DNA of 64,000 nucleotides from Octopus vulgaris (Eukaryota): contig OX597835.1 in NCBI GenBank assembly GCA_951406725.2, positions 23,064,001 through 23,128,000 of the forward strand, in the 5' to 3' direction. The notes below the pieces were generated by a model. It had not been told where the DNA came from, searched no databases, and saw nothing but the letters and a program-made list of their open reading frames with translations. Shown here in pieces: positions 1-12,697 of the stretch. The number at the start of each line of letters is the position of its first letter. The first letter of the stretch is position 1. Made by a program: the position numbers and the translations under genes.

Positions 1-594
1 CAACTACCAATCTATCTCACTGCACCATCCTACCTTCTTACCTCCCTACTAATCTGTGTATTAACTGCTTGATGGTTAATGGGTTCAAGGAGGAGCAAGA
101 ATTCCTGAAATATCTACATACACCCATCACCTATTTTTCTACCTTCAATTGCATTGTTTAGACAGATGTACTTGTATACAGAATCTTGTAACTTTCAGTG
201 TTGGCTCTAAATTCTACAGAAAATCTGTAGAGATACTATTAAAAATGAATTACCTATCTATCTATCATTTTTTCCCTATTTCTCTCTCTGTCTGTCTGTT
301 TCTTTCTGTCTATCTATCTGTCTCTGTCTCTCTCTGATGATGATGGCAATCCCTCAAGGTCAAGGATGATGGTCTTCGCGCAAATTTACTGGTGAGTCCG
401 TAGGTGACCGATAAGACCAATTCTTGCTTGAAAAGATCGGTCGCAGTGCAGACATCTAGTGCCGGAAGGGAGAGTCGCACGTGGTTGTTGTTGGCGCTCC
501 TTCCGTCGTCGTCTTTTCTCCTCTTTCGATACGTGTGATAAATGCCAATACAGGAAATTCTCAAACCTTGAGTTACTACATTGCTTCTGCTAAA

Positions 595-989
595 TCTCTC
601 TATATATAAAGCTGAAGTTATCTGTGTGTGGCAGGTTTGGTAGCCTTCAACTAACACTATCTCCTCCGAGTTTCTGTGGCGCAAGTTGACAAAAATTTAG
701 AGTATAATAGAAGAAGGCTTGCTCTTCCTTCCGTAGAAGAAAAAATTCAAATCGGACCATGTTAACACCAAAAATGATTTACATCATAAAGGTGCTTTTT
801 TTTTTTTATGAAAATCCCTATTTTTTATGATTTTTTTACTGCTGTATCACCATTTTTTGGTGTATTTCAACCAGAAAAATGTTCACTTAAAGAGAATAAC
901 AAGCTACATAATGCAAAATTTTTACTTTTCAAAATTTCCAATTCTAAAGGGTTGAAACAAACCCGAGCAACACCGGGTGATACTGCTAG
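595..989 (+). mobile_element. Non-autonomous Helitron
   Basis: 5' TC, 3' subterminal hairpin (CCCG..CGGG) then CTAG, inserted between A and T. Confidence 0.75.
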
Positions 990-1089
990 TATTAATAAAA
1001 ATATACATATATTCATATTTTGAGTTCTATTTTTCCTGTTTCCTGTAGCTTGGTGTGGTGGTAATTTGTGACGATGTCCTTCACTCTAG

Positions 1090-1730
1090 TTCTATCCCTG
1101 ATCTCCTCATACCAGATGTGATCTCTTAGCGAGATTCACAACACTGACCTTTCCATGGCTCTCTGTACCATAAGCAGATGTTGTTGTTCTCTCTTCATCA
1201 AGGACCAACTCTCACATATGTATAGCATTGCAGGCATGACTGTCCTGTTGAAGAGATTGGTACAGGTTGCCTTGTCTAGGTTCACCTTCAGCACATCCTT
1301 CATTGAGCTGAATCTTCTCCATCCGGCTCTTACCCTCACAGTCACTTCTTCATTGTCAGGTCACTCTCGAGTGCTACTGGTAACTTGTTGCATCATCGGG
1401 TCATTGGCAACCAAACTAGCAACCCCACCACTGAGCTTGCTTAGTGAGGAGGATGTTGGACATCCTGCAGGACAAAAAACAAAACTCATCAAAGGGCAGA
1501 GGAACTCATGAGTAGTCATCCAACAAAAATGCCATGGGGATTGAAGAGATACAAGGCTACAGGAGCACACCCCAAATGAAAAAGCAGCCAATGGCCTGCC
1601 TGCATATCAATTGGACCATTCCAAGGCAGTGGGGCATAATCCAAGCAATGAGAAGCTCCTGAAAATCTCAGGTTGCAAGAAGTCGCCAAGGAAACTGACC
1701 AATCTTGCCATATGCACCTACAACTGAAGT
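1090..1730 (-). mobile_element. RTE-like LINE reverse transcriptase remnant
   Basis: RVRAGWRRF..LFNRTVMPAMLYICESWSL..QRAMERSVL is a typical RTE ORF C-terminal motif. Confidence 0.75.
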
Positions 1731-1962
1731 GACATATATAAATATATATTCTTTTATTCTTTTACTTGTTTCAGTCATTTAACTGTGACCATGCTGAAGC
1801 ACAACATTTAGTCAAACAAATCGACCCCAGGACTTATTCTTTGTAAGCCTAGTACTCATTCTATAGGTCTCTTTTTGCTGAACAGCTAAGTTACAGGGAT
1901 GTAAACACACCAACATTGGTTGTCAAGCAATGGTGGGGATACAAACACAGACAAACAAACAT

Positions 1963-2016
<54 letters not shown>

Positions 2017-2364
2017 ATACAGGCTTCTTTCAGTTTCTATCTACCAAATCCACTCGCAAGGCTTTGGTCGGCCTGAGGCTATAGTAGAAGACACTTGCCC
2101 AAGATGCTATGCAGTGAGACTGAACCATGTGGTTGGTAAGCAAGCTACTTACCACACAGCCATTCCTGTGCCTACATATATATATATTACGGAGATGTAC
2201 TTGCATAGTAAGTGACTAGATCTGAGATCATGTGCTGAAACAAAAACAATTGCAGCGTTGAAGGGGTTTATAAGCCATCACACAAAAACATAACGATGGA
2301 TGAAATACTGCTAAGCGTTTCATCCAGCATGCTAACAGTTCTACCAGTTCACCACTTTAATAAT

Positions 2365-2657
2365 TGTAGTGAGTGCGCGATTTGAATATAGAGGCACCTA
2401 CCTTCTCTTCTTAGTGACGGAGACCCTCCAGTGATGACTAGTCCTTCCTCACAGCCCCGACCCGAACACTAACGATAGCAGCTGCTAGCCCAAACCCTTA
2501 GCGACGTCCTCACACGTCTTGTCACCTGCACGACCCACGTTGGAAAGGGCGCAATTTCCGCTCCGTGCGAACGCCTGACGGCTGACCCCTTCCGCTTGCC
2601 CCAGCTTCCGGTCAACGCACCCGGCTGCTGACGTCCAGCTGCTGACGTCATCCCACA
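2365..2657. mobile_element. Probable solo LTR
   Basis: TGT...ACA termini, ATAAT on both sides, GC/CpG-rich 293-bp island inserted in an (AAT)n tract. Confidence 0.6.
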
Positions 2658-2730
2658 ATAATAATAATAATAATAATAATATATAATTGCGTTTGGGCAT
2701 TTAGTGCAAATACAAGAGAAGATAACTCAC

Positions 2731-2868
2731 CTCAGAGCAGTTGTCATCCAAAATAAGCTTCTGAAGCATCATAGACAGATGTTTTGCCAAATCTTGGTTC
2801 AAACCATCAAATGTAGGAGGTGGCTGATAATCTCGGGGAGGCAGTATACGTCTCTCTATTGCAACCAC
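2731..2868 (-). CDS. SPAG17: SPAG17 exon 9 (gene continues beyond the window start)
   Basis: tattag/VVAIERRILPPRDYQPPPTFDGLNQDLAKHLSMMLQKLILDDNCSE/gtgagt; 138 nt; matches VVATEEDLVPP..DGLDHRIAAHI. Confidence 0.92.
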
Positions 2869-2887
2869 CTAATAAATAATACATTTT

Positions 2888-2931
<44 letters not shown>

Positions 2932-3341
2932 AGAGAGGCAATTACATGGAAAAATATATTAATTACAATAGTTTGGGTATGAAATACAAATGAGAAAAAA
3001 AGGGGCATTGAAGGGGCGATGCATACCCTACATGCAGATAAATTTTTTTTTTCAAATTCTAGTGTGACTTACAATGTGTTGCTTACCCATGTTTTTTAAT
3101 TGAACTGAATTCATTTCTCATTTTTTTTTTTCAAGTATCACCCGTATAGGTATTTATACTCTATGTTCTGAGTTCAAATTCTGCCAAGGTTGACTTTGCC
3201 TTTCATCATTTCGGGGTCGATAAATTAAGTACCAGTGAAACACTGGGGTTGATGCAATCAGCTAGTCCTCTCCCTCAAAATTCAGGCCTTGTGCCTTGAG
3301 TAGAAAAGATTGCTATTATTTACAGAACGTAGGAGTGGCTA

Positions 3342-3755
3342 TAGGCGTAGGAGTGGTTGTGTGGTAAGTAGCTTGTTTACCAACCACATGGTTCCGGGTT
3401 CAGTCCCACTGCGTGGCACCTTGGGCAAGTGTCTTCTACTATAGCCTCGGGCCGACCAATGCCTTGTGAGTAGATTTGGTAGACGGAAACTGAAAGAAGC
3501 CTGTCGTATATATGTATATATATATATATATGTGTGTGTGTATGTTTGTGTGTCTGTGTTTGTCCCCCTAGCATTGCTTGACAACCGATGCTGGTGTGTT
3601 TATGTCCCCGTTACTTAGCGGTTCGGCAAAAGAGACCGATAGAATAAGTACTGGGCTTACAAAAGAATAAGTCCCAGGGTCGAGTTGCTCGATTAAAGGC
3701 GGTGCTCCAGCATGGCCGCAGTCAAATGACTGAAACAAGTAAAGAGTAAAGAGAA
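3342..3755 (+). mobile_element. Octopus-type tRNA-derived SINE, family A. Other copies at about 1750-2177(-), 3818-4175(-), 7685-8025(-), 13738-14550(+), 28695-29003(-), 29271-29657(+), 31808-32165(+), 37434-37770(+), 40028-40412(-), 47187-47612(+), 48286-48840(+), 50507-50905(+)
   Basis: tRNA-like head with A/B boxes (GGAGTGG..GGTTCAGTCCC), internal (TA)n/(TG)n, shared 3' end CCAGCATGGCCGCAGTCAAATGACTGAAACAAG. Confidence 0.85.
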
Positions 3756-4715
3756 CTTTCACACGTCACTGCTTTTATATATATATATATATATATATTA
3801 CTGATATATATATATTATTTGTCTCAGTCATTTGACTGCAGCCATGCTGGAGCACCGACTTTAGTCAAGCAAATCAATCACAGGACTTATTCTTTGTAAG
3901 CCTAGCACTTATTCTATCAGCCTCTTTTGCCAAACCACTAAGTTACAGGGACGTAAACATACCAGCATCAGTTATCATGCAATATTGGGGGTACAAACAC
4001 AGACACACAAGCGTGCACATGCACACACACACACACGCACACACAAAGGGCTTCTTTCAGTTTCCGTCAAGCAAATCCACTCACAAGGCTTTGGTTGGCC
4101 CAAGGCAACAGAAGAACCCAGAACAATGTGGTTGGTAAGCAAGCTACTTACCACACAGCCACTCCTGTGCCTATATACATTTGCTTCTATCTAGAAATCA
4201 AAGCAAATGACTACTATCCCCTTCAAACTTTGTTCGATTTGCTTGTTGTCTTTGGTCAGTAAGTGCTATTTCCTATTTTGTTTCTATCTAGAAACCAAAA
4301 GAAATCAATACTATTCCCTTCGAACTTTGCTTTTGTGACCTGGACATCAATGTTTTGGAACTGACCTATTTTCCATTATATTTCAAACAGATTCAGTGCT
4401 GAGTTACTGAATTTCAGAAATATCATTATAGCAAACATTCTGCTCAGCACCACAGATTTGCTTGTCAGTTGCTTGACCTTAACCACTAGAGCATGTCCCT
4501 GAGTGGCTAACAATATGTTCATGATCTCTGATCATGAGCAGGAGTAGTGGAGGAGCATCATAGCCATATGCTGTGAGGGATTGGGGGGGGGTTGAATAAA
4601 TATCATAACAAAAGCAAAGTTTGAAGGAAGTATTAGCCATTTTTCATACTTTCTTGGGGTAAGCAGATAGGAAATAACAGTTGCTATCCCAAAATCATGT
4701 TACACAGTATAATCC

Positions 4716-5030
4716 TTAACCCCTTACCCAACAATTATTTTGAAAATAAATGTATTTTTTCAGACATATTTTTTAATTGTTTTATTTTACTATGTTTTGA
4801 ATGGTGATTTCGAGGTATATTTCAAACCTTATTTATTATGAATTTTAATTCAATAATATTGATTTTAAGTTACCGCTTTGGGCAGAAATGAGTTAACCTG
4901 TTTTTAGACGAAGGAACTTGTTTGCTGTCGATTTTGGCGAGTCTATCTTTTGACGAGTTAACTCGCCAGAGATAGAAAAAAACGATTTCGGTCAAAATGC
5001 ATATATTCGTTTCTGCCGGGTAAGGGGTTA
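4716..5030. mobile_element. piggyBac-type MITE (others of this type at about 9021-9237, 20196-20408, 39019-39248, 54456-54903)
   Basis: TTAA-CCCCTTACCC...GGGTAAGGGG-TTAA termini. Confidence 0.65.
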
Positions 5031-5107
5031 AGCAACCACACATTTGACACTGAAAAGATATACTCATTGTAAGAGATTGTCCAGTAAGAAAGGAGACAGC
5101 AACAAAC

Positions 5108-5259
5108 CTGTTCGATCATGGCATGCAAAATGAGGGGAACGGTGACACACTCCATGGGAATGGTATCCATTAAGTCATCATAATAACGCATGTCCAGAGT
5201 GGTAAAAGTACGTGGCTCAATTAACGGATATTGAGGTGGGGGTGGCACGATGCACAAAT
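5108..5259 (-). CDS. SPAG17: SPAG17 exon 8
   Basis: tattag/(N)LCIVPPPPQYP..TLDMRYYDDLMDTIPMECVTVPLILHAMIEQ/gtttgt; 152 nt, phase 1-0; hallmark DMRYY..SVPLILHCMLEQ motif. Confidence 0.95.
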
Positions 5260-6402
5260 CTAATAAAATAAAAAATATAGAAAAAGTAAGCAAACAAGTA
5301 AAACAATTCGGAAAAAAAAGGGAACAAATGGTAAAGAAGATTTTAGGGTGTTCTCTAAAATCTTCTTTTCCATTTGTCTTCGAAAGAGAATTGGAAGAAA
5401 AAGATAATAGATTTTTACCAAACGGCACGTAAAAAGCACCATCCATCCGTGGCCGTTTGCCAGCTCCATCTGGCACCTGTGCAGGTAGCATGTAAAAAGC
5501 ACCATCCGCCCGTGGCCGTTTGCCAGCTCCATCTGGCACCTGTGCAGGTGGCACGTAAAAAGCACCATCCACCCGTGGCCATTTGCCAGCTCCATCTGGC
5601 ACCTGTGCGGGTGGCACGTAAAAAGCACCCACTACACTCACGGAGTGGTTGGCGTTAGGAAGGGCATCCAGCCGTAGAAACACTGCCAGATCAGACTGGG
5701 CCTGATGCAGCCTTCTGGCTTCACAGACCCCAGTTGAACCGTCCAACCCATGCTAGCATGGAAAGCGGATGCTAAATGATGATGATGATGATGATGATGA
5801 AGAAGGCCTCCTTCTTGTCCGAGTTTGTCAGCTGTTTTACATTCATAATTGATTTCAATAGTTTTACTTTGGGCAGCAGAGTTGTGAAGTTTGCTTTGCA
5901 AACACAAGTTTTGGATTCAGTCCCATCCCATGATGCCTTAGGCAAATGTCACCCACTATAGCTGAGGCCCAACCAAAGTCTTGTGAGTGAATTTGATAGA
6001 TGGAAACTGAAAGAAGCCCATCATAGGTATGCAAGCAAGCATGTATGTAGGTATACACATACAAACACACCTGTGTGCATGTGTGTATGAATACCTGTGA
6101 AGGAAGGAAGGAATTAGACAGACAGACAGATAGAAATCCACTCACAAGATTTTGGTTGGCCTGAGCTATATCAGAAGACACAATTTGCCCAAGGTGGGAC
6201 TGAACTTGGATCCATGTGATTCGGAAGCAAACTTCTTACTACATAGCCCCAGCTGCACCTAAACTGCATGAGTTCTCATGCCAGGAATTGAACCCTAGTT
6301 GCCTGGGTGAAAGCCAAGAATCCTATTTTTTCTTTTATTTTTAATAATTAAAAAATAAACATAACATAAAAAATACCCAGCTGTGTGTGTGTAAATACTC
6401 AC

Positions 6403-6550
6403 TGCTTGAGATTGGGAGAGCTCTAGGAGGTATGGGACCAATGGTCGGAACTGCGATTATTTTTGTGTTCCTTATGAAATTCCGATACATGCGCTGTTTT
6501 TCAACAATGCCATAAAGCGTGAAGGCAAACTTCTCATAGAGTTTGGCACA
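6403..6550 (-). CDS. SPAG17: SPAG17 exon 7
   Basis: ttccag/CAKLYEKFAFTLYGIVEKQRMYRNFIRNTKIIAVPTIGPIPPRALPISS/gtgagt; 148 nt, phase 0-1; matches [23 protein letters not shown]..INVP. Confidence 0.88.
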
Positions 6551-6756
6551 CTGGAAAAGGTAAAAATAAAGACATGGATGTGAGGTGATGCACTAATACA
6601 GTGTGAGGAGCAGAACAATGTAAGGGGAAGGGCAGCGTGATGGGGTGATGAGGGTGATGGGGAGGGGAGGAGCAGTGTGACAGGAGGAATGGCCTGATGG
6701 GGTGGGGTGATGGGAAGGGGCAGCATGATGGGGAGTGGTGATATGATGGGGAGGGT

Positions 6757-7272
6757 CAACATGAGAGGAGGGACAACATGAAGGGAGGTACAACATGAGG
6801 GGAGGGACAACATGAGGGGAGGGACAACATGAAGGGAGGGACATGAGTGGAGGGACAACATGAGGGGAGGGACAACATGAGGGGAGGTACAACATGAGGG
6901 GAGGGACAACATGAGGGGAGGTACAACATGAGGGGAGGTACAACATGAGGGGAGGTACAACATGAGGGGAGGGACAACATGAAGGGAGGGACAACATGAG
7001 GGGAGGGACATCATGAGGGGAGGGACAACATGAGGGGAGGGACAACATGAGGGGAGGGACAACATGAGGAGAGGGACAACATGAGGAGAGGGACAACATG
7101 AGGGGAGGTACAACATGAGGAGAGGGACAACATGAGGGGAGGTACAACATGAGGGGAGGGACATCATGAGGGGAGGGACAACATGAGGGGAGGGACAACA
7201 TGAGGGGAGGGACAACATGAGGGGAGGGACAACATGAGGGGAGGGACAACATGAAGGGAGGGACATGAGGGA
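6757..7272. repeat. 17-bp G-rich minisatellite, about 30 units
   Basis: Unit GACAACATGAGGGGAGG; produces the spurious Pro/Cys-rich ORFs in the ORF track. Confidence 0.95.
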
Positions 7273-9421
7273 AGGTATGGTGTGAGGTGAGGTACAGAGT
7301 GAGATGACACAGGGTGAGGTGAGGCACAGGGTGAAGTGAAATGCAGTGTGATGAAGTGTGAGGTGAGGTACAGTATGAGGTGAGGTACATTGTGAGGTGA
7401 GGCACTTTGTGAGGTGAGGGATAGTGCAAGGTGATGTATGGTTAAGTACAGTGTCTAGTAAGGCTAAGTTGGCGAATTAGTAGTCCTAGGATCCTAAGTT
7501 CAAATCTAGCTACAGCCATTGTCAATTCCAGAGGAATATTAACCATGAGAATCTCATGTCCCACTGCACAGCATCTTGGTTAATATCTTCTATTTTAGCC
7601 CCAGGCAGACCAAAGTCTTTTTAGTGGAATTGGTAGCCATAAGCTGAAGCTTCTTGCATGTGTATATGTATTTTTCTATCTTGTATTTTACTTGTTTCAG
7701 TCATTGGACTGTGGCCATGCTGGAGCACTGCCTTGAAGAATTTTTAGTCGAATAGATCGCCCCCAGTACTTTTTTTTTAAAGCCTGGTACTTATTCTATC
7801 AGTTTCTTTTGCTGAACTGCTAAGTTCAGGGGGCATAAACACAGCAACACTGGTTGTCAAGCGAAGGGCTTCTGTCAGTTTCCATCTATCAAATCCACTC
7901 ACAAGGCTTTGGTCTGACCGAGGCTATAGTAGAAGATGCTTGCCCAAGGTGCTACACAGTGAGATTGAACTCAGAAGCATGTGGTTGGGAAGCAAGCTTC
8001 TTTCCACACAGCCACACCTGCATATATGTATGTATGTATGTGTGCATGTTTGTGCACCAATGTCTTGATATCAGGTGATGATCATACGTGGGCATCATCA
8101 TCACCATCATCATCATCATCAGCATACAAGTGATACTTGTTTTCTGCCTTCCGTACTTGGAAACGAGTAAGGATCAGTGACAGGAAAGGCATCCAACCAC
8201 AGATAATCTGTCTCAACAAATTCCATCTGAGCCATTCAAACATGGAAAAGTGGACGTTAAATCAATAATGTTCAAATACACAATGAAATGCTTACTGTTG
8301 TTTTGAACTTAAAACCTCCAAGTTGGGAGTCCACCACTATATCCACACAGCCATTTCACCTCAATGACCAAAGATTGAGATAAGATATGATTCAAGAACA
8401 CTATCTTATTTCTTTATTGCCCACAAGGGCCCAAACATAGAGGGGACAAACAAGGACAGACAAAGGGATTAAGTCGATAACATCAACCCCAGTGCATAAG
8501 TGGTACCTCATTTATCAACTCCGAAAAGATGAAAGGCAAAGTCGACCTCGGCGGAATTTGAACTCAGAACATAAAGACAGACGAAATACCGCTAAGCATT
8601 TCGCCCGGTGTGCTAATGTTTCTGCCAGCTCGCCACCTTCAAGAACACTATTTGACACCAGTACATCTGTGGTATGTATTTTATCAACTTCAGGAACATG
8701 AAAGCTAAAGTTGACTTTGATAGCATTTGAACTCATGATGTGAAGGGAAGCAACTAAATACCCAAGATGTTTTATCTGTTGCTCTATAATCTACCAAACT
8801 CTGACAGCATGTAGCTTAGTGGTTACGGTATTCGGCTCATGATCGTGAGGCTGTGAGTTCAATTCCCTGTGGCGCACTGTGTCCCTGTGCAAGTCACTTT
8901 ATTTCACATTTAATTCACTAAATTTAGTTCATTCAGCTGATAAAATTGAGTGGTCCCTGTATTTCAAAGGAACAACCTTGTCACATTCTTTGCCACCCTA
9001 AATCTCCCTGAGAATTACACTAACCCTTTCATTAACAACCCGGCTGAAACTGGTACTGAGTACAAATGTTTTGTTTTCATAAGATCTGAATTAAAATCTT
9101 CCACCAAACCTTAGTCACAATTTATGTTCCTAACACTAGCTGAATGATAAGTCAATTTACTAAATTCTTTGTTATATTTAAAATAATTGAAAAAAACATA
9201 GAACATCTCAAAATAAATACAGTAACGAAAGGCTTAAGATTATACATGTCTATGGAGTACTCAGTCACTTGTGCATTAATTTCATGAGCAGGGGCTGTTC
9301 TGTTGGTCAGATCAACCAGAACCCTCATTGTCGTAACTGATGGAGTGCCAATTCAATTTACCAAAAGACAATTCTGCAGATGAAAAGAAGTAAGAAAATC
9401 CATAAGAAAAGAAAATCTTAC

Positions 9422-9588
9422 ATCGCTTTCTAAATTGGATTCCTTGTCATCTAGAAAGTCTGTGACGTAAATGTTACGAGTTTGTGATGTTGCAGATTGC
9501 TCATTTAGGTAAATCATGGTCCACTTCCAGAAATAATCCATTGCTTTCTTTAGGCGTTCAGTCTCAGCGGCCGCAGCTTCTTCTTGAG
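9422..9588 (-). CDS. SPAG17: SPAG17 exon 6
   Basis: tttcag/(A)QEEAAAAETERLKKAMDYFWKWTMIYLNEQ..ESD/gtaaga; 167 nt, phase 1-0; matches ELKTFWKYL. Confidence 0.88.
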
Positions 9589-9628
9589 CTGAAATGTTGA
9601 AATATTTATCACAAAGACATCATATATA

Positions 9629-10402
9629 CACGAGGGTGTGCCGAAAAGTTCCTGGCTTTGAGTAAAAGAAAGTACAGGAGGATCGGTTAATTATGATTTT
9701 ATTCAACACTAGCAGTATCGCCCGGCGTTGCTCGGGTTTGTAAGGGAAATAACTATATAAGCATTTTTAGAGAGTTATAGCCAAAAAATAGCAAAAAAAA
9801 ATGCATTAAAAATGGAAAAAAAATTATGGTAAATTTTTTTTAAATCGTTGACTCATCGTAGACATTTTCTGTTTTGGTGTCTTCAAGCCATGAAGTCGTT
9901 GTTCTAAAAGAACGCTGGTCTCATTGACAACGCTTTACGACGTTACACTCCCTTCCCCACAGCTTCACGAGGGAGGGGAGAAGGGGGAGAAGCAACACAG
10001 GTGCGGGCGTGAGCGTGGACGCCAACTCCGCCGCCATCGACAAACGAAAAAATATGCATTAAAATGGAATAAAAAATGTTAAATTATTTTTTAAATCGTA
10101 GACTCATCGTAGACGCGCGCTAATACCCAGACGGGCTCGATATGGATCACAACTATAAGATACCCAAATTTGATTAAACTGCACCGCAAAATGTGGGAGT
10201 AGTTAGGAATCTAAATCGAAGGGGACAGACACTCACACAACTACAGTTTTATATATATACATATTCTCCTCTCAGATTCCACACACTTATAGCAGCAGTC
10301 TTTCAGTTTTTCTAAGCGTTGTAAAAAAACTCAGAAGGTTAGGCTTCCAACCAGGCCTTTCAAGATACCCTTAGGCCAGGAACTTTTCACCACCTCCTCA
10401 TG
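9629..10402. mobile_element. Tc1/mariner MITE
   Basis: TIRs CACGAGGGTGTGCCGAAAAGTTCCTGG / CCAGGAACTTTTCACCACCTCCTCATG; TA flanks. Confidence 0.7.
9709..10260 (-). mobile_element. Non-autonomous Helitron nested in a mariner MITE
   Basis: Same CTAGCAGTATCGCCCGGCGTTGCTCGGG terminus as the other copies. Confidence 0.72.
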
Positions 10403-10430
10403 TATGCATGTATATATGTATATATATATA

Positions 10431-10990
10431 TATCAGGTTGAGTAAAATGGAAGCAACATTTTGAACCATGAAGAATTTGGAGTGCATTTTTGCAGAGTTT
10501 TGAATTTTTTTTTTAAACATTTTTTTGAAATTGTCTGATAATACAGACACAGACTTGCCCAAATGCATCAATAAATTAACATTGATGCTTTTTTCACCGT
10601 TGTTACAATCATCTGAAATGGAAGGACATAAAGCAGCTGAAACTGCTCGTGACATCAACAAAACGATTTCACAGTGGAGACCTGAGCTTCGAAGATCGTG
10701 AGAATAGTGGACGCCCATCTGTCATTGATGACGGTCAATTAAAGACCGTCATTGAGAAAGATCCGCATAAAACCACTCAAGAACTGGGAAAAGTTAGCCA
10801 GAAAACTGCCTGCAACCATTTGCATGTGATCGCAAAATTAAAAAATCTCAACAAATGGGTACCACACGATTTGAATGAAAATCAGAAAATGCACGGATAT
10901 GAAATTTGCCCATTGCTTCTTCTCCATAACCAGACTGATCCAGTTCTCGACCATATTGTAACTTGTGATGAAAAGTGGATTCCATACCTT
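10431..10990 (+). pseudogene. Truncated mariner transposase
   Basis: ORF 10649-11050 contains SGRPS, KWVPHDL and IVTCDEKWI (mariner motifs); cut off by a SINE. Confidence 0.85.
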
Positions 10991-11077
10991 AATAAAAAAA
11001 ACTTTATATACGACAGGTTGCTTTCAGTCACTGTCTACCAAATCTGTTAATAAAGTTTTGGTCAGTTTGGGCGCATT

Positions 11078-11412
11078 GAAGGCGCATGGCTCAGTGGTTA
11101 GAGCGTCAAGCTTACGATCGTGAGGTTGTGAGCTCGAATCCCGGACCGGGCTGTGTGTTGTGTTCTTGAGCAAGGCACTTTATTTCACGTTGTTCCAGTT
11201 CACTCAGCTGTAGAAATGAGTTGCGACGTCACTGGTGCCAAGCTGTATCGACCTTTGTCTTTCCCTTGGATAACACTGGTGGCGTGGAGAGGGGAGGCCG
11301 GTATGCATGGGCGACTGCTGGTCTTCCACAAACAACCATGCCCAGACTTGTGACTAGGAGGGTAACTTTCTAGGTGCAATCCCATGGTCATTCATGACCG
11401 AAGGGGGTCTTT
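11078..11412 (+). mobile_element. tRNA-headed CORE-type SINE, family C (also about 19759-20092, 20815-21050, 42773-43080, 53775-54225)
   Basis: TGGCTCAGTGGTTAGAGC A-box, TCGAATCCC B-box, then GTGTTCTTGAGCAAGGCACTTTA core. Confidence 0.8.
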
Positions 11413-11869
11413 ACCTGGTCAGTCTGGGGTATAGGAGAATGCACTTGTCCAAGGCACTATGAGGTGTGACTGAATCCAAGACCACATGGTTTGGAAGCAA
11501 AATTCTTAATTACACAGCTATGCCTACACCTGTACCTACACACACACATACTCAGGTGTGTGGGTATGTATATATATATTTATGCTTTTATCTCTAAGCA
11601 ATTATATTTTTATACTGTCCAATCCTGTTTATTTACTTTGTGCAGGGTTTAGTACCAGGTAGGCTATGGCACACAAGGGACCCACTAAGGTGTTTCTGAT
11701 GGACTGTGAACCCTCCCTAAAATTTTTCAAATATATTGCATTTGTGGGACAGTGAAGTTGGTGGTTTTTAGATAGGCTTTTGTGCCATGATTTATTCAAC
11801 CCTTCAGCACAAAGATTACTCTGTCAAATGAAATATTTATTTATTCACATTGTTTTGACTCAATCATGC

Positions 11870-12265
11870 AATCTGGGACACCACAGTCTGCGACTATTTT
11901 GCACCCCACCATATGCTGGATACTGCAGTAAATGGGAGGGTCATGAGGCTATAGAAGATGCTTGCCCAAGGTGCTACACAGTGAGATTGAACTCAGAAGC
12001 ATGTGGTTGGGAAGCAAGCTTCTTTCCACAGAACAAAACCCTGTTGTATCAGGACCTGTCAGTGAACTATCTCTTCCAGCCTGTGGCGCTTGAGACATTT
12101 GGAGGGGCTGGGCCACTAACAGTGAAGTTCTTGTCATCATTGGCTGCTGGACTTACTGAGGTGTTAGGTGATGCCTGTGAGGGTGACTGGCCTTTCCAAT
12201 GCCTCACCATTACCCATAGTAATGCCGTGAGCATGTTGGCTTGCTTCAGTAGGTTCCAATGAACT
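11870..12265 (+). mobile_element. CRE-like (RLE) non-LTR retrotransposon 3' remnant
   Basis: YLFQPVALETFGGAG..FLSSL..FQCLTI..SNAVSML fits the RLE endonuclease C-terminus. Confidence 0.6.
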
Positions 12266-12697
12266 GTGTGGTATGCAACTAATTGAGGCACTTAGTGTAA
12301 CACTGACGTTTTTTCTCTTTCTCCTTTTTGTTTCCTTTCATAAAATATATTTCTTTTCGCTGAATTATTGCAAATTGTAACAATTGTTTAGTACCTCCCG
12401 ACACAGTAGTAAGCCCGTCAGATGTCGCCGAAAGAAAAACAGTAGAGTGTTGCTAAAAAAAAAAATTATGCATTAACTCAAAGCTTTGAGACTTCAATGA
12501 AATGATTATTTATTTTTAGAATGACATTGTAGAATAAGTATAAGAGGTAGGATCTGGCTGGTTTCAACATAAAATGAGTAGACTATTTGTGTCTGGTGGT
12601 TAGTTAACTGCAGAAAGGTTAATCTTAGCATACATAAGCATTGCTTGATACAGAAATGTTAGGGGAAGAATATGAAAGGATATTTTTATATATAAGA

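Noticed and set aside
4958-5746. 262-aa ORF as a standalone gene
   Set aside because: A chimera of a SINE with 63-bp internal tandem repeats read into SPAG17 exon 8
6472-7429. Long Pro/Cys-rich ORFs (264 and 278 aa)
   Set aside because: Translation of a 17-bp minisatellite inside a SPAG17 intron; the real exon 7 uses a different frame
11078-11150. tRNA gene (also 19760, 42773, 53776)
   Set aside because: The tRNA-like heads run directly into SINE core and tail sequence and lack a proper acceptor stem
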